Sequence record: AY264776.1
DNA from: Escherichia phage T7
Strand: one strand, 5' to 3'
Length of the DNA stretch: 37,664 bases
Shown here: positions 31,301 to 37,664 of the stretch, in pieces
Layout of the letters: every line of letters starts with the position of its first letter
How positions within the stretch are numbered: the stretch's first letter is position 1
The notes under the pieces: model-generated
What the model saw: only the letters and a program-made list of their open reading frames with translations
What the model was told of the DNA's origin: nothing
The model's database searches: none
Made by a program: the position numbers and the translations under genes

Positions 31301-32283
31301 CCACTAACTACCTTCTGGATGCTGCGCGTCAAGGTATGCTTGGGGATGTTATTAGTGCCACCCTAACAGGTAAGACTACCCGCTGGGAGAAAGAAGGCTT
31401 CCTTCGTGGTGCCTCCGTAACTCCTGAGCAGATGGCTGGCATCAAGTCTCTCATCAAGGAACATATGGTACGCGGTGAGAACGGGAAGTTTACCGTTAAG
31501 GACAAGCAAGCGTTCTCTATGGACCCACGGGCTATGGACTTATGGAGATTGGCTGACAAGGTAGCTGATGAGGCAATGCTGCGTCCACATAAGGTGTCCT
31601 TACAGGATTCCCATGCGTTCGGAGCACTAGGTAAGATGGTTATGCAGTTTAAGTCTTTCACTATCAAGTCCCTTAACTCTAAGTTTCTGCGAACCTTCTA
31701 TGATGGATACAAGAACAACCGAGCGATTGACGCTGCGCTGAGCATCATCACCTCTATGGGTCTCGCTGGTGGTTTCTATGCTATGGCTGCACACGTCAAA
31801 GCATACGCTCTGCCTAAGGAGAAACGTAAGGAGTACTTGGAGCGTGCACTGAACCCAACCATGATTGCCCACGCTGCGTTATCTCGTAGTTCTCAATTGG
31901 GTGCTCCTTTGGCTATGGTTGACCTAGTTGGTGGTGTTTTAGGGTTCGAGTCCTCCAAGATGGCTCGCTCTACGATTCTACCTAAGGATACCGTGAAGGA
32001 ACGTGACCCAAACAAACCGTACACCTCTAGAGAGGTAATGGGCGCTATGGGTTCAAACCTTCTGGAACAGATGCCTTCGGCTGGCTTTGTGGCTAACGTA
32101 GGGGCTACCTTAATGAATGCTGCTGGCGTGGTCAATTCACCTAATAAAGCAACCGAGCAGGACTTCATGACTGGTCTTATGAACTCCACAAAAGAGTTAG
32201 TACCGAACGACCCATTGACTCAACAGCTTGTGTTGAAGATTTATGAGGCGAACGGTGTTAACTTGAGGGAGCGTAGGAAATAA
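28327..32283 (+). CDS. 16: Internal core protein gp16 with N-terminal lytic transglycosylase domain
   Basis: 1318 aa; transglycosylase motif near N-terminus (WTESRF...GLMQF). Confidence 0.97.
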   Translation: MDKYDKNVPSDYDGLFQKAADANGVSYDLLRKIAWTESRFVHTAKSKTGPLGMMQFTKATAKALGLRVTDGPDDDRLNPELAINAAAKQLAGLVEKFDGDELKAALAYNQGEGRLGNPQLEAYSKGDFASISEEGRNYMRNLLDVVKSPMAGQLETFGGITPKGKGIPAEVGLAGIGHKQKVTQELPESTSFDVKGIEQEATAKPFAKDFWETHGETLDEYNSRSTFFGFKNAAEAELSNSVAGMAFRAGRLDNGFDVFKDSITPTRWNSHIWTPEELEKIRTEVKNLAYINVVTGGSPENLDDLIKLANENFENDSRAAEAGLGAKLSAGIIGAGVDPLSYVPMVGVTGKGFKLINKALVVGAESAALNVASEGLRTSVAGGDADYAGAVLGGFVFGAGMSAISDAVAAGLKRNKPEAEFDNEFIGPMMRLEARETARNANSADLSRMNTENMKFEGEHNGVPYEDLPTERGAVVLHDGSVLSASNPINPKTLKEFSEVDPEKAARGIKLAGFTEIGLKTLGSDDTDIRRVAIDLVRSPTGMQSGASGKFGATASDIHERLHGTDQRTYNDLYKAMSDAMKDPEFSTGGVKMSREEIRYTIYRRAALAIERPELQKALTPSERIVMYIIKRHFDTKRELMENPAIFGNTKAVSIFPESRHKGTYVPHVYDRHAKALMIQRYGAEGLQEGIARSWMNSYVSRPEVKARVDEMLKELHGVKEVTPEMVEKYAMDKAYGISHSDQFTNSSIIEENIEGLVGIENNSFLEARNLFDSDLSITMPDGQQFSVNDLRDFDMFRIMPAYDRRVNGDIAIMGSTGKTTKELKDEILTLKAKAEGDGKKTGEVHALMDTVKILTGRARRNQDTVWETSLRAINDLGFFAKNAYMGAQNITEIAGMIVTGNVRALGHGIPILRDTLYKSKPVSAKELKELHASLFGKEVDQLIRPKRADIVQRLREATDTGPAVANIVGTLKYSTQELAARSPWTKLLNGTTNYLLDAARQGMLGDVISATLTGKTTRWEKEGFLRGASVTPEQMAGIKSLIKEHMVRGENGKFTVKDKQAFSMDPRAMDLWRLADKVADEAMLRPHKVSLQDSHAFGALGKMVMQFKSFTIKSLNSKFLRTFYDGYKNNRAIDAALSIITSMGLAGGFYAMAAHVKAYALPKEKRKEYLERALNPTMIAHAALSRSSQLGAPLAMVDLVGGVLGFESSKMARSTILPKDTVKERDPNKPYTSREVMGAMGSNLLEQMPSAGFVANVGATLMNAAGVVNSPNKATEQDFMTGLMNSTKELVPNDPLTQQLVLKIYEANGVNLRERRK

Positions 32284-32303
32284 TACGACTCACTATAGGG
32301 AGA
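32281..32303 (+). promoter_or_regulatory. T7 promoter phi17
   Basis: taatacgactcactatagggaga. Confidence 0.95.
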
Positions 32304-32355
32304 GGCGAAATAATCTTCTCCCTGTAGTCTCTTAGATTTACTTTAAGGAGGTCAA

Positions 32356-34017
32356 ATGGCTAACGTAATTAAAACCGTTTTGACTTACCAGTTAGATGGC
32401 TCCAATCGTGATTTTAATATCCCGTTTGAGTATCTAGCCCGTAAGTTCGTAGTGGTAACTCTTATTGGTGTAGACCGAAAGGTCCTTACGATTAATACAG
32501 ACTATCGCTTTGTTACACGTACTACTATCTCTCTGACAAAGGCTTGGGGTCCAGCCGATGGTTACACGACCATCGAGTTACGTCGAGTAACCTCCACTAC
32601 CGATCGATTGGTTGACTTTACGGATGGTTCAATCCTCCGCGCGTATGACCTTAACGTCGCTCAGATTCAAACGATGCACGTAGCGGAAGAGGCCCGTGAC
32701 CTCACTACGGCTACTATCGGTGTCAATAACGATGGTCACTTGGATGCTCGTGGTCGTCGAATTGTGAACCTAGCGAACGCCGTGGATGACCGCGATGTTG
32801 TTCCGTTTGGTCAACTAAAGACCATGAACCAGAACTCATGGCAAGCACGTAATGAAGCCTTACAGTTCCGTAATGAGGCTGAAACTTTCAGAAACCAAGC
32901 GGAGGGCTTTAAGAACGAGTCCAGTACCAACGCTACGAACACAAAGCAGTGGCGCGATGAGACCAAGGGTTTCCGAGACGAAGCCAAGTGGTTCAAGAAT
33001 ACGGCTGGTCAATACGCTACATCTGCTGGGAACTCTGCTTCCGCTGCGCATCAATTTGAGGTAAACGCTGAGAACTCTGCCACAGCATCCGCTAACTCTG
33101 CTCATTTGGCAGAACAGCAAGCAGACCGTGCGGAACGTGAGGCAGACAAGCTGGAAAATTACAATGAATTGGCTGGTGCAATTGATAAGGTAGATGGAAC
33201 CAATGTGTACTGGAAAGGAAATATTCACGCTAACGGGCGCCTTTACATGACCACAAACGGTTTTGACTGTGGCCAGTATCAACAGTTCTTTGGTGGTGTC
33301 ACTAATCGTTACTCTGTCATGGAGTGGGGAGATGAGAACGGATGGCTGATGTATGTTCAACGTAGAGAGTGGACAACAGCGATAGGCGGTAACATCCAGT
33401 TAGTAGTAAACGGACAGATCATCACTCAAGGTGGAGCCATGACCGGTCAGCTAAAATTGCAGAATGGGCATGTTCTTCAATTAGAGTCCGCATCCGACAA
33501 GGCGCACTATATTCTATCTAAAGATGGTAACAGGAATAACTGGTACATTGGTAGAGGGTCAGATAACAACAATGACTGTACCTTCCACTCCTATGTACAT
33601 GGTACGACCTTAACACTCAAGCAGAACTATGCAGTAGTTAACAAACACTTCCACGTAGGTCAGGCCGTTGTGGCCACTGATGGTAATATTCAAGGTACTA
33701 AGTGGGGAGGTAAATGGCTGGATGCTTACCTACGTGACAGCTTCGTTGCGAAGTCCAAGACGTGGACTCAGGTGTGGTCTGGTAGAGCTGGCGGTGGGGT
33801 AAGTGTGACTGTTTCACAGGATCTCCGCTTCCGCAATATCTGGATTAAGTGTGCCAACAACTCTTGGAACTTCTGCCGTACTGGCCCCGATGGAACCTAC
33901 TTCATAGCCTCTGATGGTGGATGGTTACGATTCCAAATACACTCCAACGGTCTCGGATTCAAGAATATTGCAGACAGTCGTTCAGTACCTAATGCAATCA
34001 TGGTGGAGAACGAGTAA
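32356..34017 (+). CDS. 17: Tail fiber protein
   Basis: 553-aa ORF. Confidence 0.97.
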   Translation: MANVIKTVLTYQLDGSNRDFNIPFEYLARKFVVVTLIGVDRKVLTINTDYRFVTRTTISLTKAWGPADGYTTIELRRVTSTTDRLVDFTDGSILRAYDLNVAQIQTMHVAEEARDLTTATIGVNNDGHLDARGRRIVNLANAVDDRDVVPFGQLKTMNQNSWQARNEALQFRNEAETFRNQAEGFKNESSTNATNTKQWRDETKGFRDEAKWFKNTAGQYATSAGNSASAAHQFEVNAENSATASANSAHLAEQQADRAEREADKLENYNELAGAIDKVDGTNVYWKGNIHANGRLYMTTNGFDCGQYQQFFGGVTNRYSVMEWGDENGWLMYVQRREWTTAIGGNIQLVVNGQIITQGGAMTGQLKLQNGHVLQLESASDKAHYILSKDGNRNNWYIGRGSDNNNDCTFHSYVHGTTLTLKQNYAVVNKHFHVGQAVVATDGNIQGTKWGGKWLDAYLRDSFVAKSKTWTQVWSGRAGGGVSVTVSQDLRFRNIWIKCANNSWNFCRTGPDGTYFIASDGGWLRFQIHSNGLGFKNIADSRSVPNAIMVENE

Positions 34018-34075
34018 TTGGTAAATCACAAGGAAAGACGTGTAGTCCACGGATGGACTCTCAAGGAGGTACAAG

Positions 34076-34279
34076 GTGCTATCATTAGACTTTAACAACG
34101 AATTGATTAAGGCTGCTCCAGTTGTTGGGATGGGTGTAGCAGATGTTAGTGCTCGACTGTTCTTTGGGTTAAGCCTTAACGAATGGTTCTACGCTGCTGC
34201 TAGCGCCTACACAGTGGTTCAGATTGGTGCCAAGGTAGTCGATAAGATGATTGACTGGAAGAAAGCTAATAAGGAGTGA
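34076..34279 (+). CDS. 17.5: Holin
   Basis: 67 aa with one hydrophobic segment and charged C-terminus. Confidence 0.93.
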   Translation: MLSLDFNNELIKAAPVVGMGVADVSARLFFGLSLNEWFYAAASAYTVVQIGAKVVDKMIDWKKANKE

Positions 34280-34284
34280 TATGT

Positions 34285-34554
34285 ATGGAAAAGGATAAGA
34301 GCCTTATTACATTCTTAGAGATGTTGGACACTGCGATGGCTCAGCGTATGCTTGCGGATCTTTCGGACCATGAGCGTCGCTCTCCGCAACTCTATAATGC
34401 TATTAACAAACTGTTAGACCGCCACAAGTTCCAGATTAGTAAGTTGCAGCCGGATGTTCACATCTTAGGTGGCCTTGCTGGTGCTCTTGAAGAGTACAAA
34501 GAGAAAGTCGGTGATAACGGTCTTACGGATGATGATATTTACACATTACAGTGA
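34285..34554 (+). CDS. 18: Terminase small subunit
   Basis: 89 aa from ATG 34285 (MEKDKSLITFLEMLDTAMAQR...). Confidence 0.9.
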   Translation: MEKDKSLITFLEMLDTAMAQRMLADLSDHERRSPQLYNAINKLLDRHKFQISKLQPDVHILGGLAGALEEYKEKVGDNGLTDDDIYTLQ

Positions 34555-34555
34555 T

Positions 34556-34612
34556 ATATTCAAGGCCACTACAGATAGTGGTCTTTATGGATGTCATTGT
34601 CTATACGAGATG
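34556..34612 (+). promoter_or_regulatory. RNase III site R18.5
   Basis: ttcaaggccactacagatagtggtctttatggatg hairpin. Confidence 0.55.
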
Positions 34613-34648
34613 CTCCTACGTGAAATCTGAAAGTTAACGGAAGGCATT

Positions 34649-35080
34649 ATGCTAGAATTTTTACGTAAGCTAATCCTTTGGGTTCTCGCTGGGATGCTAT
34701 TCGGGTTAGGATGGCATCTAGGGTCAGACTCAATGGACGCTAAATGGAAACAGGAGGTACACAATGAGTACGTTAAGAGAGTTGAGGCTGCGAAGAGCAC
34801 TCAAAGAGCAATCGATGCGGTATCTGCTAAGTATCAAGAAGACCTTGCCGCGTTGGAAGGGAGCACTGATAGGATTATTTCTGATTTGCGTAGCGACAAT
34901 AAGCGGTTGCGCGTCAGAGTCAAAACTACCGGAACCTTCGATGGTCAGTGTGGATTCGAGCCTGATGGTCGAGCCGAACTTGACGACCGAGATGTTAAAC
35001 GTATTCTCGCAGTGACCCAGAAGGGTGACGCATGGATTCGTGCGTTACAGGATATTATTCGTGAACTGCAACGTAAGTAG
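34649..35080 (+). CDS. 18.5: Rz-like i-spanin
   Basis: 143 aa with N-terminal transmembrane segment. Confidence 0.9.
   Translation: MLEFLRKLILWVLAGMLFGLGWHLGSDSMDAKWKQEVHNEYVKRVEAAKSTQRAIDAVSAKYQEDLAALEGSTDRIISDLRSDNKRLRVRVKTTGTFDGQCGFEPDGRAELDDRDVKRILAVTQKGDAWIRALQDIIRELQRK
34764..35015 (+). CDS. 18.7: Rz1-like o-spanin, embedded in 18.5 in another frame
   Basis: 83-aa embedded ORF with lipobox-like LFLICVATISGCAS. Confidence 0.85.
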   Translation: MSTLRELRLRRALKEQSMRYLLSIKKTLPRWKGALIGLFLICVATISGCASESKLPEPSMVSVDSSLMVEPNLTTEMLNVFSQ

Positions 35081-35101
35081 GAAATCAAGTAAGGAGGCAA
35101 T

Positions 35102-36862
35102 GTGTCTACTCAATCCAATCGTAATGCGCTCGTAGTGGCGCAACTGAAAGGAGACTTCGTGGCGTTCCTATTCGTCTTATGGAAGGCGCTAAACCTACCG
35201 GTGCCCACTAAGTGTCAGATTGACATGGCTAAGGTGCTGGCGAATGGAGACAACAAGAAGTTCATCTTACAGGCTTTCCGTGGTATCGGTAAGTCGTTCA
35301 TCACATGTGCGTTCGTTGTGTGGTCCTTATGGAGAGACCCTCAGTTGAAGATACTTATCGTATCAGCCTCTAAGGAGCGTGCAGACGCTAACTCCATCTT
35401 TATTAAGAACATCATTGACCTGCTGCCATTCCTATCTGAGTTAAAGCCAAGACCCGGACAGCGTGACTCGGTAATCAGCTTTGATGTAGGCCCAGCCAAT
35501 CCTGACCACTCTCCTAGTGTGAAATCAGTGGGTATCACTGGTCAGTTAACTGGTAGTCGTGCTGACATTATCATTGCGGATGACGTTGAGATTCCGTCTN
35601 ACAGCGCAACTATGGGTGCCCGTGAGAAGCTATGGACTCTGGTTCAGGAGTTCGCTGCGNTACTTAAACCGCTGCCTTCCTCTCGCGTTATCTACCTTGG
35701 TACACCTCAGACAGAGATGACTCTCTATAAGGAACTTGAGGATAACCGTGGGTACACAACCATTATCTGGCCTGCTCTGTACCCAAGGACACGTGAAGAG
35801 AACCTCTATTACTCACAGCGTCTTGCTCCTATGTTACGCGCTGAGTACGATGAGAACCCTGAGGCACTTGCTGGGACTCCAACAGACCCAGTGCGCTTTG
35901 ACCGTGATGACCTGCGCGAGCGTGAGTTGGAATACGGTAAGGCTGGCTTTACGCTACAGTTCATGCTTAACCCTAACCTTAGTGATGCCGAGAAGTACCC
36001 GCTGAGGCTTCGTGACGCTATCGTAGCGGCCTTAGACTTAGAGAAGGCCCCAATGCATTACCAGTGGCTTCCGAACCGTCAGAACATCATTGAGGACCTT
36101 CCTAACGTTGGCCTTAAGGGTGATGATCTGCATACGTACCACGATTGTTCCAACAACTTAGGTCAGTATCAACAGAAGATTCTGGTCATTGACCCTAGTG
36201 GTCGCGGTAAGGACGAAACAGGTTACGCTGTGCTGTACACACTGAACGGTTACATCTACCTTATGGAAGCTGGAGGTTTCCGTGATGGCTACTCCGATAA
36301 GACCCTTGAGTTACTCGCTAAGAAGGCAAAGCAATGGGGAATCCAGACGGTTGTCTACGAGAGTAACTTCGGTGACGGTATGTTCGGTAAGGTATTCAGT
36401 CCTATCCTTCTTAAACACCACAACTGTGCGATGGAAGAGATTCGTGCCCGTGATATGAAAGAGATGCGTATTTGCGATACCCTTGAGCCAGTCATGCAGA
36501 CTCACCGCCTTGTAATTCGTGATGAGGTCATTAGGGCCGACTACCAGTCCGCTCGTGACGTAGACGGTAAGCATGACGTTAAGTACTCGTTGTTCTACCA
36601 GATGACCCGTATCACTCGTGAGAAAGGCGCTCTGACTCATGATGACCGATTGGATGCCCTTGCGTTAGGCATTGAGTATCTCCGTGAGTCCATGCAGTTG
36701 GATTCCGTTAAGGTCGAGGGTGAAGTACTTGCTGACTTCCTTGAGGAACACATGGTGCGTCCTACGGTTGCTGCTACGCATATCATTGAGATGTCTGTGG
36801 GAGGAGTTGATGTGTACTCTGAGGACGATGAGGGTTACAGTACGTCTTTCATTGAGTGGTGA
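35102..36862 (+). CDS. 19: Terminase large subunit (GTG start as read)
   Basis: 586 aa; N bases at 35600 and 35660. Confidence 0.96.
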   Translation: MSTQSNRNALVVAQLKGDFVAFLFVLWKALNLPVPTKCQIDMAKVLANGDNKKFILQAFRGIGKSFITCAFVVWSLWRDPQLKILIVSASKERADANSIFIKNIIDLLPFLSELKPRPGQRDSVISFDVGPANPDHSPSVKSVGITGQLTGSRADIIIADDVEIPSXSATMGAREKLWTLVQEFAAXLKPLPSSRVIYLGTPQTEMTLYKELEDNRGYTTIIWPALYPRTREENLYYSQRLAPMLRAEYDENPEALAGTPTDPVRFDRDDLRERELEYGKAGFTLQFMLNPNLSDAEKYPLRLRDAIVAALDLEKAPMHYQWLPNRQNIIEDLPNVGLKGDDLHTYHDCSNNLGQYQQKILVIDPSGRGKDETGYAVLYTLNGYIYLMEAGGFRDGYSDKTLELLAKKAKQWGIQTVVYESNFGDGMFGKVFSPILLKHHNCAMEEIRARDMKEMRICDTLEPVMQTHRLVIRDEVIRADYQSARDVDGKHDVKYSLFYQMTRITREKGALTHDDRLDALALGIEYLRESMQLDSVKVEGEVLADFLEEHMVRPTVAATHIIEMSVGGVDVYSEDDEGYSTSFIEW

Positions 36863-36943
36863 TTTATGCATTAGGACTGCATAGGGATGCACTATAGACC
36901 ACGGATGGTCAGTTCTTTAAGTTACTGAAAAGACACGATAAAT

Positions 36944-36966
36944 TAATACGACTCACTATAGGGAGA
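36944..36966 (+). promoter_or_regulatory. T7 promoter phiOR
   Basis: taatacgactcactatagggaga. Confidence 0.95.
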
Positions 36967-37120
36967 GGAGGGACGAAAGGTTACTATATAGATACTGAAT
37001 GAATACTTATAGAGTGCATAAAGTATGCATAATGGTGTACCTAGAGTGACCTCTAAGAATGGTGATTATATTGTATTAGTATCACCTTAACTTAAGGACC
37101 AACATAAAGGGAGGTGACTC

Positions 37121-37270
37121 ATGTTCCGCTTATTGTTGAACCTACTGCGGCATAGAGTCACCTACCGATTTCTTGTGGTACTTTGTGCTGCCCTTGGGTA
37201 CGCATCTCTTACTGGAGACCTCAGTTCACTGGAGTCTGTCGTTTGCTCTATACTCACTTGTAGCGATTAG
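37121..37270 (+). CDS. 19.5: T7 gene 19.5 protein
   Basis: 49-codon hydrophobic ORF MFRLLLNLLRHRVTYRFLVVLCAALGYASLTGDLSSLESVVCSILTCSD. Confidence 0.75.
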   Translation: MFRLLLNLLRHRVTYRFLVVLCAALGYASLTGDLSSLESVVCSILTCSD

Positions 37271-37299
37271 GGTCTTCCTGACCGATTGATGGCTCACCG

Positions 37300-37509
37300 A
37301 GGGATTCAGCGGTATGGTTGCATCACACCACTTCATCCCTATAGAGTCAAGTCCTAAGGTATACCCATAAAGAGTCTCTAATGGTCTATCCTAAGGTCTA
37401 TACCTAAAGATAGGCCATCCTATCAGTGTCACCTAAAGAGGGTCTTAGAGAGGGCCTATGGAGTTCCTATAGGGTCCTTTAAAATATACCATAAAAATCT
37501 GAGTGACTA
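37300..37509. repeat. Right-end short repeat array (cctaaag / ataaag family, SRR-like) next to the concatemer junction
   Basis: Iterated cctaagg, ataaag, cctaaag motifs immediately left of the right terminal repeat. Confidence 0.75.
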
Positions 37510-37664
37510 TCTCACAGTGTACGGACTTAAAGTTCCCCCATAGGGGGTACCTAAAGCCCAGCCAATCATCTAAAGTCAACCTTCGGTTGACCTTGAGGGT
37601 TCCCTAAGGGTTGGGGATGACCCTTGGGTTTGTCTTTGGGTGTTACTTTGAGTGTCTCTCTGTG
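37510..37664. repeat. Right terminal direct repeat (lacks the last ~5 bases)
   Basis: tctcacagtgtacggacttaaagttccccca...; bases 37534-37664 repeat window bases 1-131 with one mismatch. Confidence 0.9.

Overview
This window is an almost complete, linear genome of coliphage T7 or a very close laboratory derivative (37,664 bp). It begins about 23 bp inside the left terminal repeat and ends a few bases short of the right one. All genes are on the + strand in canonical T7 order (0.3 through 19.5), with 17 T7 RNA polymerase promoters, the host promoters A1-A3, and the TE and Tphi terminators. I do not see a novel biological system, and there is no room for inserted foreign DNA: the length equals T7 minus two deletions. 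What is unusual is a set of lesions relative to canonical T7: (i) a ~1.6 kb deletion removing genes 0.5-0.7; (ii) a ~0.65 kb deletion removing 5.5-5.7 and fusing 5.3 to the last codons of 5.9; (iii) an in-frame opal stop splitting gene 4.7; (iv) DNA ligase motif I reading KYNDVR instead of KxDGxR; (v) a G-to-A change in the gene 10 Shine-Dalgarno; (vi) a premature TGA in the 10B frameshift extension; (vii) many apparent G:C-to-A:T transitions, suggesting a chemically mutagenised or long-passaged lineage; (viii) six N bases and one mismatch between the two terminal-repeat copies. All comparisons to wild-type T7 are from memory and need an alignment to NC_001604 to confirm.
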